DNA from: a virus
Lineage: Duplodnaviria; Caudoviricetes
Length of the DNA: 64,000 nucleotides
Reading direction: 5' to 3' (one strand)
Virus record (IMG/VR): IMGVR_UViG_3300009031_000221
Location: 448,001-512,000 of that record
Below, piece by piece: positions 53,239 through 62,140 of the stretch (the stretch's first letter is position 1; each line of letters starts with the position of its first letter). Below the pieces are notes generated by a model, which had not been told where the DNA came from, searched no databases, and saw only the letters and a program-made list of their open reading frames with translations. Made by a program: the position numbers and the translations under genes.

Positions 53239-53811
53239 TCAACCCCAATAATCGCTCCAAGACGAGTTTTTATCGTAGCAACAGTACGGATCCCAACGAC
53301 CCCCTGACTTCTTGACCCTTTCGGCATGCTGCGGATGCTTGGAGATTTCATCCTCCCGGTCAATGTCCCGCATGAAGGCCCGAATGACCTCATAGGTACG
53401 GTCATCCTTGTCGATGTTGCATAGACCCTGAATCACCGTCACCTGTGCCATGAGGTTCCGCTGGTCATCCCCCACGGCATCATCCATGCAGATGCCCGGC
53501 TGTTCACGACCATTGAACACCCATTTGTTGTCACTCAACTCATGGAGTGCCAGGAGGAACCCGGTACACGTCAGGGGATCCTGAGCCAGTACCATCTTGA
53601 CGAATTCGTCGTGGGCATTCTCCGGCACATCCTTTTGCCCCCACATCGGAGGCAGTGCCGCCATACGCTTGATCTCGTTGTAGATGCGGGTCATCCTGGA
53701 GTGTGTCAGGGACGAAATGCCCTCGCCGGAGTAGTATTCCGGTCGGGTGCTCATTCCGCATCCACCCCTCAAATCAGACCGGTAAATGAAATCGATAAGT
53801 TCCTGATTCAC
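53239..53811 (-). CDS. Hypothetical protein
   Basis: 190 aa, AGGAGG RBS. Confidence 0.75.
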   Translation of the reverse strand: MNQELIDFIYRSDLRGGCGMSTRPEYYSGEGISSLTHSRMTRIYNEIKRMAALPPMWGQKDVPENAHDEFVKMVLAQDPLTCTGFLLALHELSDNKWVFNGREQPGICMDDAVGDDQRNLMAQVTVIQGLCNIDKDDRTYEVIRAFMRDIDREDEISKHPQHAERVKKSGGRWDPYCCYDKNSSWSDYWG

Positions 53812-53820
53812 GATGGCCTC

Positions 53821-54057
53821 CTACCAGTCAATCCAGATGCGACCCAGGGTGATTCCCCGAGTAGAAAACCCTAAGTTGCAACTGTATGCACCCCAGGCAA
53901 CCTTGACCTCCCCGCCATGACACAGCGGATAGATATCGGATGAACGGGGATCCCGCTTGGCAAGGGAGATGAACAGGTTGCCCGTTCGATCCCGACCCCA
54001 GTACAGGAATCCATCTTTGGGCAATCGTTGCCATCCCATGGTCTTGGAATTACTCAT
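53821..54057 (-). CDS. Hypothetical protein
   Basis: AAGGAGG RBS. Confidence 0.65.
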   Translation of the reverse strand: MSNSKTMGWQRLPKDGFLYWGRDRTGNLFISLAKRDPRSSDIYPLCHGGEVKVAWGAYSCNLGFSTRGITLGRIWIDW

Positions 54058-54220
54058 TGGAACCCTCCTTTGGAGGCATGACGATAGAAAAATCAGGACA
54101 TTGGCACACGATGTTCCGCTTGATGTCCGTATTGCTAGCCGCTTGCTTCAGCACCCAACCACAGTTCGGGCATATGAAGGGCTTGCCTGATACCAGCCAT
54201 TTTTTGCCTTCCCTGTCCAT
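54050..54220 (-). CDS. Small zinc-ribbon protein
   Basis: CPNC..CQC; GAGG RBS. Confidence 0.6.
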   Translation of the reverse strand: MDREGKKWLVSGKPFICPNCGWVLKQAASNTDIKRNIVCQCPDFSIVMPPKEGSNE

Positions 54221-54222
54221 GG

Positions 54223-54504
54223 TTACTGCCTCGGGGGACCATCCGGCACCGGCGGCAAATCCTGCCACCTTTGGGGCATCATTGGCTTGGGCGTGGCGGG
54301 CTGTGCCTTTGTCACGCACAGGCATTGGTGTGCCATGAGTTCCGCCGACTGCCCATCAGGGCACGTCATCTTGGAACATTCCTTGTGGTTGTCGCACACG
54401 CATACGGCAACCACAATGACAATCAGGAGTCCGATCAACGTCCCCCAAAAGCCGCCGCCAAGGCCGGCAAAGATTGCAAAGTCGAGATCACTATCGTCCA
54501 ACAT
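54223..54504 (-). CDS. Membrane-anchored Cys-rich protein
   Basis: TM helix, six Cys, Pro-rich tail. Confidence 0.7.
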   Translation of the reverse strand: MLDDSDLDFAIFAGLGGGFWGTLIGLLIVIVVAVCVCDNHKECSKMTCPDGQSAELMAHQCLCVTKAQPATPKPMMPQRWQDLPPVPDGPPRQ

Positions 54505-54514
54505 GATTCACCTT

Positions 54515-54730
54515 CTAGCCCACGTTGATGTGGAAGCAGTTGCAACGGCACGAGAACATGATGATGTTCGCGGGCTTCGGGGTCTTGCCTTCCCGACGTG
54601 CCCGGGAGTTCGCCACGGCAGTTTCCCACCGGATCTCCCCCAGGTGCCCCTGCGGGATGAACCGATTGTACGGGTCACGGTTTCGAATGGGGCGCCCCCG
54701 GTAATCTTTGGGGCCTTGTGCTTTCTTCAT
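54515..54730 (-). CDS. Small basic protein
   Basis: MKKAQ start, GAGG RBS. Confidence 0.6.
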   Translation of the reverse strand: MKKAQGPKDYRGRPIRNRDPYNRFIPQGHLGEIRWETAVANSRARREGKTPKPANIIMFSCRCNCFHINVG

Positions 54731-54766
54731 GGGGAACCTCAATGCGAAATCTATCCGCATTACCCT

Positions 54767-54793
54767 ATCTACGCCGCACCTTCGGAAAGTAAG
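54767..54793 (-). promoter_or_regulatory. Class A promoter motif (divergent pair)
   Basis: Reverse CTTACT-N13-GCGTAGAT. Confidence 0.85.
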
Positions 54794-54815
54794 TGCTCGA
54801 TCCTACCATCCAGGA

Positions 54816-54842
54816 CTTACTTATTGCTAATCCGGCGTAGAT
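54816..54842 (+). promoter_or_regulatory. Class A promoter motif (divergent pair)
   Basis: CTTACT-N13-GCGTAGAT. Confidence 0.85.
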
Positions 54843-54882
54843 AGAAGGTAGGCACAGACGATGCCACAAGGAACGAAAACGA

Positions 54883-55137
54883 ATGCCGCCCCGTAAACCC
54901 AAGTCCAAAGGCCGTGAAGGCTATATCATCACCCTGCGTAAGGGAGACCTGTGCCAAGCCCTGCCCACTAGCGCAGATGTCATCAATCTCCTGACGGATG
55001 AACAAGCACGATCCCTTCCCACCCTTTGTGGGGTATGGGTAACCGAGAAGGAAGCGGAGAAGGCCCTTATCGGGTTGCCGCCGGAACTCCTCGCCCTCGT
55101 CGAGATACTCCCCGTCTGGGTCACCGTCCGGAGATAG
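54883..55137 (+). CDS. Hypothetical protein
   Basis: 84 aa, AAGGAA RBS. Confidence 0.7.
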   Translation: MPPRKPKSKGREGYIITLRKGDLCQALPTSADVINLLTDEQARSLPTLCGVWVTEKEAEKALIGLPPELLALVEILPVWVTVRR

Positions 55138-55139
55138 CT

Positions 55140-55802
55140 ATGCATCTTGCCAGTGTGATTTTGTACATTTACGTCAAGGTTGCACTCGCTGCCTTCGCAG
55201 TGTTCATCCTGTCAGAGATTGGAACTTCCCTGATTCGCCCGGAATATCCCGCATGGCTCAAGTCACATCATGAGGGATCCAACAAAACCCCCAATGCAGG
55301 TAAGTTCATCCTGATGTGGCTGCTCCTATGTATCCCCATCACGATTGACATGTTCATTGCATTCTCGAAAGGCCAAACGTTCCTCGAACGGTTGACCCTT
55401 CGCGGCATCAAAAACGAGGAAGAAAAGAAGGCACAAGAAGCCAAAGTAGCGGATGCCCGAAAACTCCTCCTCGCCGTAGTGAAGGACGGCACGTTCACTT
55501 GGCACCCAATAGAACAAGACGGCATGCGTGCCCTTGTCCTAGTTCGTCACGTCCCGGGTTATAACTTGTTGACCCATGTGATTGTCATACATGACCTTCG
55601 CACTGGAAAAGTCGATTGCATGCGGGCAATGCCAAACATCCATGATAGTCTTGTATGGTTCCAAACATTTGCCCTGCAAGAAGCTATGGACAAGTGCATT
55701 GAGGACTACGATTGGGCTATCATGTGTTTCCCCGGTATGAATGACTGCCAACGCAGGGCTTGGAAAGAAGCAAAAAAGGCAATGAATGCTGATATTTCTT
55801 GA
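55140..55802 (+). CDS. Two-TM membrane protein
   Basis: MHLASV start, GGAG RBS, two hydrophobic helices. Confidence 0.7.
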   Translation: MHLASVILYIYVKVALAAFAVFILSEIGTSLIRPEYPAWLKSHHEGSNKTPNAGKFILMWLLLCIPITIDMFIAFSKGQTFLERLTLRGIKNEEEKKAQEAKVADARKLLLAVVKDGTFTWHPIEQDGMRALVLVRHVPGYNLLTHVIVIHDLRTGKVDCMRAMPNIHDSLVWFQTFALQEAMDKCIEDYDWAIMCFPGMNDCQRRAWKEAKKAMNADIS

Positions 55803-56391
55803 TATTGATGGGGTGTTGGTTCTGAATGGACGAAAGTTCGAGCGGAAGCTCGTCAACCACTTGAACAACCTCATTGCAACCTACTTCTGGAAATCCGGGA
55901 AAAACGTTGAAATCGTATTCAACTCTGCATGGAACGTCAACCCCATTGATGACATGAAGAAGTGGCTTGCGGAAGCTGGGTTCCTCTATACGAATTGCAT
56001 CATCGGAAAGACACCCGGTACAAGCGGCGGCGGCGAATTGATCCGTCGTTGGCTCACCACCAACAACCGCGTTGGGGAACCCTTTATCCTCCTCGATGAC
56101 TCGAGCCATGATATTCAGGCCATGTGGTGCCGGATTGCACAGTCCGTAACATCCAAAGGATTCAATCGCACCGTTGCCCGTAAAGCGGAAACCATCATGT
56201 TGCGGAAAATCACTGAGGATGGGGAACGCAAGGCGGCGTGCGAAAACCTATTGGCACAAGCGCTCCGTGTACAAAAGGCATCATGGTTGACGGCGGATCA
56301 GAAGGCAGACCTTGCGGCAGTTGATTGCGCCTTGCTTCAGGAACTGCTATTGAAGCCCCACTTCCTCGAGCATGCATTCCTGAAACCCTGA
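55786..56391 (+). CDS. HAD-family phosphatase (RNA-repair-associated HAD type)
   Basis: IFLDIDGVL, VFNSAW, GKT, ILLDD. Confidence 0.82.
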   Translation: MLIFLDIDGVLVLNGRKFERKLVNHLNNLIATYFWKSGKNVEIVFNSAWNVNPIDDMKKWLAEAGFLYTNCIIGKTPGTSGGGELIRRWLTTNNRVGEPFILLDDSSHDIQAMWCRIAQSVTSKGFNRTVARKAETIMLRKITEDGERKAACENLLAQALRVQKASWLTADQKADLAAVDCALLQELLLKPHFLEHAFLKP

Positions 56392-56394
56392 TTT

Positions 56395-56410
56395 CGTTAG
56401 GCATCCTATA
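56395..56410 (+). promoter_or_regulatory. Class B promoter motif
   Basis: CGTTAG-GCATC-CTATA. Confidence 0.6.
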
Positions 56411-56434
56411 CCAACCGGTATATGAGGTGCTTCA

Positions 56435-57088
56435 ATGTCCATACGAACAGAATCTGCTGAACGTGTTGCTTCCACTTGGCGTGTAGCATCCGAATTTTGG
56501 AATCGGCTAAGCCGTTCCGTTCCAATGTATACGGACGATGCTCTCCGTACTTTAGGACTATCCTCAGGTGCTAGCCCCGAAGAAATCAAATCCGCCTATC
56601 GCAAGATGATGATGCTTCATCATCCTGATCGCGGAGGAGACACAGCCAAGGCACAGCAAATTAATGAGGCATACGCACAACTGAAAGAAGGCATCACCAT
56701 CAATCGCCCCTATGGCTATTCCCGCCCTACTCCTACGCCCCCACCTCGTCCAGCCCCGCCTCGCCCTACCCCTACGCCACCCCCAAGGCCAACTCCATCA
56801 GCAAACCCTCACATAAGGGTAACGTGGAGGATGGCTGAGAATCTAACGGGAATGCACGGGGAAAGCCGTCCGGACGCCAAAGACATCAAGCGGATTGATG
56901 ATATGATCGTGCGAGCCAAGGGCAACCCCGCCAAACTAGCGGCACTGGCTCAACAAATGGCCAGTTCTATTGACAGTATTGCAAAGGCTCTTCGCCGAGG
57001 TCGTGCAGCAGAAGAACATGCAGATAGCTCTGTGAATTATGCTTCACAGGTATTCTACACTCGTGCTCGGACCCTTGCCGGAGTGTAG
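56435..57088 (+). CDS. J-domain (DnaJ-like) protein with N-terminal RVA tag
   Basis: LGLSSGASPEEIKSAYRKMMMLHHPDRGGD..INEAY; Pro-rich linker. Confidence 0.9.
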   Translation: MSIRTESAERVASTWRVASEFWNRLSRSVPMYTDDALRTLGLSSGASPEEIKSAYRKMMMLHHPDRGGDTAKAQQINEAYAQLKEGITINRPYGYSRPTPTPPPRPAPPRPTPTPPPRPTPSANPHIRVTWRMAENLTGMHGESRPDAKDIKRIDDMIVRAKGNPAKLAALAQQMASSIDSIAKALRRGRAAEEHADSSVNYASQVFYTRARTLAGV

Positions 57089-57089
57089 G

Positions 57090-57260
57090 CTACTTGGAAC
57101 TGATTCGGTCGATACCCATGACAGCCATCGCAATGGCAAGGCCTGATAGACCCACACAAGTCACCCAGTACTGAGGACTTTGGTGCCAAGCAAAGTCTGC
57201 CCCAACAAGGTAGAGGATGCTCATCGCAATCATGATCCATCCGTAGCTAAAGCGTCCCAT
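57090..57260 (-). CDS. Small two-TM membrane protein
   Basis: MGRFSYGWIMIAMSILYLV.. Confidence 0.55.
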   Translation of the reverse strand: MGRFSYGWIMIAMSILYLVGADFAWHQSPQYWVTCVGLSGLAIAMAVMGIDRISSK

Positions 57261-57438
57261 TCGCAAAGTCCTTTTCAAGCTCGGCGAGGTCTTCACACTT
57301 GGCATCGTAGCACCCTTGGCAAAGCCCCGCCCATACCGGAGATTCCTTCTGACATTCGTGGCATGTATCAGACGGTGGCAGAGGGCTAATACTCGTATCC
57401 CCGTCAAAGAAATCTTTCAAATCCATCCGTTGCCTCAC
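57247..57438 (-). CDS. Small Cys-containing protein
   Basis: CHEC..CQGC. Confidence 0.6.
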   Translation of the reverse strand: MRQRMDLKDFFDGDTSISPLPPSDTCHECQKESPVWAGLCQGCYDAKCEDLAELEKDFANGTL

Positions 57439-58199
57439 ACTGCGATCTTGAACAATGAACGAATGGCATCAGGATCTACCGGAATACCGGCCTTCTTGGA
57501 ATGCGCTGCTGCTTCCGGGCCAATCTTGATTTCCGTCAACCGATCAGGCGTCAACGAATACCGGACATACAACCCAACCGGCAACATCGCCTTCAGGATA
57601 TCCTTGGCAACGGTCTTGGGCTTATGCTGTGCATGCCAATGTCCATTCACGGAAGGTTCCAGAACCTTCTCCCCCAGCTTGACGCCATCAATGTAGATCG
57701 TTCCCTTGACAAGGTTGTTCGTGCAGTCTCCCGCACCAACGTAGACCTGTGCCCCTAGGATGATCTGCCCGTCTACCTGAAGAGGTTCCCACGTCCGGGC
57801 ATATCCCGTATCTATGGTCTTGATGCCCTGGTAAGCCGCCGCGTTCAGGACATGTGTGAAATACTCATCTACTTCCTGAACCGCTTCCGCCACATCCTGA
57901 AGGGTCACGAGAGGATAACCCGCTTCCTGCGTAGCTTTCATCAAGCTTTTGAACAGCGAACCCTGACTCCAAATCTCATGGAGCTTCCTATGACTCCGTT
58001 CAATCAACGCCGAATACTGAAATCCCGTCCAGAAAAGGACGTGTACCTTTTCATCGCCATAAATAGCGTATTTCCCAAAGGTTCCGTGCCGCTCCCCTTT
58101 CTTGTGAAGGATCATCGACACCAGGGTTCCTTGGCCTAGATTGCCAATCCCTGTCAAGGAAGATGCGGTACGGGTATCATTTGCGTTGGTCGCGAGCAT
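57435..58199 (-). CDS. Hypothetical protein, paralog of 52124..52930
   Basis: Shared motifs; GGAGG RBS. Confidence 0.8.
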   Translation of the reverse strand: MLATNANDTRTASSLTGIGNLGQGTLVSMILHKKGERHGTFGKYAIYGDEKVHVLFWTGFQYSALIERSHRKLHEIWSQGSLFKSLMKATQEAGYPLVTLQDVAEAVQEVDEYFTHVLNAAAYQGIKTIDTGYARTWEPLQVDGQIILGAQVYVGAGDCTNNLVKGTIYIDGVKLGEKVLEPSVNGHWHAQHKPKTVAKDILKAMLPVGLYVRYSLTPDRLTEIKIGPEAAAHSKKAGIPVDPDAIRSLFKIAV

Positions 58200-58247
58200 G
58201 GTATGCCTCCAGGGAGATATACCCCAGGGGAACCAAAAGCGATCTAG

Positions 58248-58973
58248 CTAGTCCCTCTCGGAAGCCGTTAGGGTAGCCTTGCCTTCCCCAATCTCCCAAT
58301 CCTCAAAATCGTGTGGGGATCTAGGATGAGGAATGCCTATCTTCTCGTAACCCTCATCGGAGGTGACTCGAAGGGACTTAGGCAACCGTCCGTAGAACGA
58401 ATTCCAGTCCGGGGATTTCAGGGCAATTACCGCCAGATCTTCTGCAAGTTGCCGTTTCTCGGCATCCCCATGCGGGGCCTTCCAGGATCCTTCCAATGTG
58501 ACAGTCAACGTGGCCCATTCATCCACAGGGTAGGCTTCCATATTTGTGATCCTGACGGACTTAGGATCGATAACTTGATTCGATTCCATGTATCGATAGG
58601 CAACACGAGAAGCCAATTTACCAATAGGAGATTCACCTAATTCTTCTGCGGATATGCGATCCGCCTCGGGTTTCACTTTATTTGCCAACTTCACAGCTTC
58701 TTGAAGTGTGTCCACTGTCTGGGATGACCACCGATGTGCAGGGTTCCCTGTGTACCACACCACTCGAAATAGCTCCTTCTTGGATCCTGTGTGCCGTTGA
58801 TGAACGAAATTGACAGCGTAGAATGTAACAACCCGTTGTTCATAGGATTGGTCATGGGGGTCTAACCGCCACCGCTCAGCCTTAAGCCGTCGCATTACTT
58901 CTGCAACAGTAATGGTCAAAACCCGATCATTTGCGATCAAGTATCGAGCAATAATCCGTTGTGCCAATCCCAT
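58248..58973 (-). CDS. Two-domain class B protein with two RVA-type tags
   Basis: N-terminal LAQRIIARYL, internal LASRVAYRYM. Confidence 0.75.
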   Translation of the reverse strand: MGLAQRIIARYLIANDRVLTITVAEVMRRLKAERWRLDPHDQSYEQRVVTFYAVNFVHQRHTGSKKELFRVVWYTGNPAHRWSSQTVDTLQEAVKLANKVKPEADRISAEELGESPIGKLASRVAYRYMESNQVIDPKSVRITNMEAYPVDEWATLTVTLEGSWKAPHGDAEKRQLAEDLAVIALKSPDWNSFYGRLPKSLRVTSDEGYEKIGIPHPRSPHDFEDWEIGEGKATLTASERD

Positions 58974-58983
58974 GTTCTAACCC

Positions 58984-59478
58984 CTACTTCATGTACCGGG
59001 AAGCAACACGGGATGCAATCTTGCCATCCTTCATCCGTTGCCCCAACAAGTACAACGGCGTTTCGTGGCTATCCGCCAACCCGGCAAGGAAGTTATCCAT
59101 ACCAAGAGTGAGTTCCTCAGATTCATCTAGAGCATCAACAGTGTTGGTGATGGCATCCTGAAGCCCTTCCTCCACCATGTAAGCACGGGCAACAAGGTCA
59201 GGTTCCTCAGCCCACTTGGCTGCAAATGCTGCCTGCATACGAGTTTGTTGCACGAGGTCTACAGATTCTGTTCCATACATGGCAACCATCTTCTCTGCCA
59301 ACCCATCGATCTCGCCGGGGAAGCTTCCATAGAGGCGCCCAAACAATTCATGGTCGGCATAGAAGTTGGAACCCTTGGACTGCCAATGTGCCGTCCAGTG
59401 ATTCTGATAAGCAGCATGAAGGTATGCCAGCAATGTTTGGCAGGACTCGGTTTGTGCGGCTCGCTTATTCATGGTCAT
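58984..59478 (-). CDS. Dps-like ferritin-superfamily protein with C-terminal RVASRY tag
   Basis: AHWQSKGSNFYADHELF..LY..EIDGLAEK ferroxidase pattern. Confidence 0.85.
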   Translation of the reverse strand: MTMNKRAAQTESCQTLLAYLHAAYQNHWTAHWQSKGSNFYADHELFGRLYGSFPGEIDGLAEKMVAMYGTESVDLVQQTRMQAAFAAKWAEEPDLVARAYMVEEGLQDAITNTVDALDESEELTLGMDNFLAGLADSHETPLYLLGQRMKDGKIASRVASRYMK

Positions 59479-59482
59479 TTCC

Positions 59483-59947
59483 TCAATAGATGGTCACGTT
59501 GACGCGAAACGGATGCTTCGCATAAAACTCCGCAATCGCGAAGGATGAAACCCTCGGATACTTGCGTCCTGACCATACGTCCTCATGAACATGATCAGGT
59601 TGTACAGGGCCAAAGTCCTGCAAAGGTGTGGTCACAGAATCTACGACTATCTTACCGCCCGATGCTTTCGCCATGCGGCCTACGGTTGCCTTGATTACGG
59701 ATGCAATTCGTCCCGGTGTGATCTTGTCCGTGCTGTTCATGTCCTCCCGCTTGGGGACAGCCGCAAATACATGTATTTGACCCGTTACGTTAGGACCGTT
59801 CTCATTGTAACTGTCCACTCGTGCCCGATTGACACCCGGCAAGTCATGCAACTCATCCGCAATACCGTCCAACACAGCAATACGGGCAATATCCCGTCCT
59901 ATGAATTGACGTGCTACTCGATCAGCCATGAATTTACTAGGCATCAT
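59483..59947 (-). CDS. Class B protein with N-terminal RVA tag
   Basis: MADRVARQF. Confidence 0.75.
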   Translation of the reverse strand: MMPSKFMADRVARQFIGRDIARIAVLDGIADELHDLPGVNRARVDSYNENGPNVTGQIHVFAAVPKREDMNSTDKITPGRIASVIKATVGRMAKASGGKIVVDSVTTPLQDFGPVQPDHVHEDVWSGRKYPRVSSFAIAEFYAKHPFRVNVTIY

Positions 59948-59956
59948 ATGTAAGTC

Positions 59957-60319
59957 CTACATGAAGGCGTCAATTTCATTGAGCAGTTCTCGCACATGAC
60001 CTAGCGAACCGACGAATCCCCAGTTCTTGGGGTCTCGCTTGAATAGAATTACATCTTGCTTCAATTTTCGGCGGATACTGACCAAAAGGGCATCAATTTC
60101 AGCCATACGCTTCCGGTAAGCTTCTTCAGCAGTATCTTCGGCCACCCGACGCATCCATTGACGGGCTACACGTTCACTTGCGGTCTTGAATTCATAATCG
60201 GGCTTCATCTTCTTGTAGATGCCCATGATGTAGGCATAATCTTCGTCCTTGCCTTGTTCTTTGGCAATAGACTTGGCCTTCTGCCACTTCTTTTCGTCTT
60301 CAGGTGTCTTAGTAGGCAT
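59957..60319 (-). CDS. Two-domain class B protein with internal RVA tag
   Basis: MPTKTPEDEKKWQKAK domain, ASERVARQWMRRVAED, helical C-domain. Confidence 0.8.
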   Translation of the reverse strand: MPTKTPEDEKKWQKAKSIAKEQGKDEDYAYIMGIYKKMKPDYEFKTASERVARQWMRRVAEDTAEEAYRKRMAEIDALLVSIRRKLKQDVILFKRDPKNWGFVGSLGHVRELLNEIDAFM

Positions 60320-60358
60320 TACACAAACCCTTGGTACAAATCCTACCAAGGGCTATCG

Positions 60359-60374
60359 TATAAGGACGCTACCG
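60359..60374 (-). promoter_or_regulatory. Class B promoter motif
   Basis: CGGTAG-CGTCC-TTATA. Confidence 0.7.
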
Positions 60375-60683
60375 ATTCCCAGGAAACTTGCCGTGCATGA
60401 TGTCACGAATCATCTTGTTCGGATTCCTAGAGTCATTGTTGTGAATCAGAGATTCCATACGGCTTGCCATGGCAATCCACAACCGGTATTCCGCCAAGGT
60501 GGGGAGCGTACATTCATCCGCCATCTTGCGAAGGGCTTGGGGATCCGGCAGTGCTCTGCGATCCCGGCCACCGGGCAGGAGGTTACGAAACTCCAGGCAA
60601 TCCCCGCCGTACCAACCATGGGTGGAAATATGCTGAAAGCGCACAATGCGAACAGCCATCCGCTGAAGGTCGAGGGGAGTCAT
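60369..60683 (-). CDS. Hypothetical protein
   Basis: 104 aa. Confidence 0.6.
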   Translation of the reverse strand: MTPLDLQRMAVRIVRFQHISTHGWYGGDCLEFRNLLPGGRDRRALPDPQALRKMADECTLPTLAEYRLWIAMASRMESLIHNNDSRNPNKMIRDIMHGKFPGNR

Positions 60684-60686
60684 GGA

Positions 60687-61211
60687 TTAGCCCGCCTTGT
60701 GCGTGACAGCCAACACCACTCGGTGATGCGGACGACCCTCGTCCTGGCTATTTGCATCCGTGATCTGAACCTGCTGCACGGCGTCGATGTCCGTGAACAT
60801 GCTGACCTTGGGAACGGTTCGACCTTCATTATGAGGAACCACGTCTTCCCGCATGGAGGCGTAACCCTCATCCAGGGTGCGGAAGCCATCGGAGCGCCAG
60901 CACGAATCATGATACGAGGTCATCTTCCACTGCTCGGGCTTGACCGCTTCGAACCGACTGCCCGTGTACGCCCACACCTTCGTGTAATTGGTCAGGCGGG
61001 AAAACAGGAAGTGAAAGTACCGCGTGCTTTCCGCCGGCGTCTCGTTGTCATGAGGATCGGGGCACACGATGAGGCCCCCCGTACGGGACTTGGTTGCACC
61101 GTAATTGGTCATCGTGGCACGCATGCGGATGTACAATCCATGCTGGGTACCAACCGGCAGCATGTTTTCGACCAGTACCACAAGGGCATGTTCAGCGCGA
61201 AGTTCAAGCAT
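60687..61211 (-). CDS. Hypothetical protein
   Basis: 174 aa, GAGGAA RBS. Confidence 0.7.
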   Translation of the reverse strand: MLELRAEHALVVLVENMLPVGTQHGLYIRMRATMTNYGATKSRTGGLIVCPDPHDNETPAESTRYFHFLFSRLTNYTKVWAYTGSRFEAVKPEQWKMTSYHDSCWRSDGFRTLDEGYASMREDVVPHNEGRTVPKVSMFTDIDAVQQVQITDANSQDEGRPHHRVVLAVTHKAG

Positions 61212-61223
61212 GACTGGTTCCTC

Positions 61224-61568
61224 CTACAGGGTAATCATTGCGTCAAGCAATGCCTTGGCATTCTTGAGCCCGATTCCAGGAATGGCCTCAAGCATGAACT
61301 TCATGGCATTGAGGAGGTTGGGGTACTTGTAACCATCCGGATGCACGGAGAAGTGCCATGCGCTATGGCCAATCGGGGGCGGGGAACTGGATTTCCGACG
61401 ATCCGTGTAAAGGATTTCGCGTGCCTCCGCAAGCGTGTCATTCGATACAAGAACGACCGTGCCATCCTGCAACATGACCCGCTTGAAATTGCTCTGGCAC
61501 TTCGGGAGAAGGCTGATAAGGGATGTCATCGTCGTTTCCTTTAGATTCGTGCGACCAGATTTGCCCAT
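61224..61568 (-). CDS. Hypothetical protein
   Basis: True start probably MTSLIS (AAGGAA RBS). Confidence 0.65.
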   Translation of the reverse strand: MGKSGRTNLKETTMTSLISLLPKCQSNFKRVMLQDGTVVLVSNDTLAEAREILYTDRRKSSSPPPIGHSAWHFSVHPDGYKYPNLLNAMKFMLEAIPGIGLKNAKALLDAMITL

Positions 61569-61864
61569 GACGCCGCATCCGCCGCCTTGTCTTCCGCCAG
61601 GGTGATGCGATCCTCGCCAGCCAACGTGTCAACCGCTTCCGCCAGGAGGGCACCGAAGTTGATGCAGTTCCAACCCTCGCCGAAGTCGATCGCGAGGATG
61701 TTCCCGCGGTGCGATTCCAGGGTCGTCATGTACCAACCCGCACCAGCACCTTCCATCCGAAGGATCCAATCCTTCTTGGAAAAGCCCGGGCGATCCGTTT
61801 CGGTCAGGGTGACAGGGTAGGAATGCCCGCGGTTGTCAATGGCGCGAATGGTCAGGGTCTTCAT
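61541..61864 (-). CDS. Hypothetical protein
   Basis: 107 aa, behind class A promoter. Confidence 0.75.
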   Translation of the reverse strand: MKTLTIRAIDNRGHSYPVTLTETDRPGFSKKDWILRMEGAGAGWYMTTLESHRGNILAIDFGEGWNCINFGALLAEAVDTLAGEDRITLAEDKAADAASWANLVARI

Positions 61865-61912
61865 CGTAAGTTCCTCAGGGATGGTCGTGCCGTAGCAGCC
61901 TCCCTATGGATC

Positions 61913-61939
61913 ATCTACGCTGTCGAAGACGAAAGTAAG
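61913..61939 (-). promoter_or_regulatory. Class A promoter motif
   Basis: Reverse CTTACT-N13-GCGTAGAT. Confidence 0.85.
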
Positions 61940-61942
61940 TCA

Positions 61943-62140
61943 CTACTGGAAAAGATGATCCCCAGCCCGCAAAATCCTTTGAATGCGGCGCCTTCGTTCG
62001 ATGACACTTAGCACACCGATCACAACAGGAATGGCAGCAAGGGCAAAGAAGATTGCAGCAATCACCCCGGAATTGTGGACATGCCCATCCTCAGGAAGGA
62101 TGTCCCACCATGTTCCGAAATAGATCCACAGGTTATACAT
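61943..62140 (-). CDS. Small membrane protein
   Basis: One TM helix followed by RRRR. Confidence 0.65.
   Translation of the reverse strand: MYNLWIYFGTWWDILPEDGHVHNSGVIAAIFFALAAIPVVIGVLSVIERRRRIQRILRAGDHLFQ

Noticed and set aside
59940-59956. GACTTACA after a stop codon as a class A promoter
   Set aside because: No GCGTAG box at the 13-nt spacing; overlaps the next start codon
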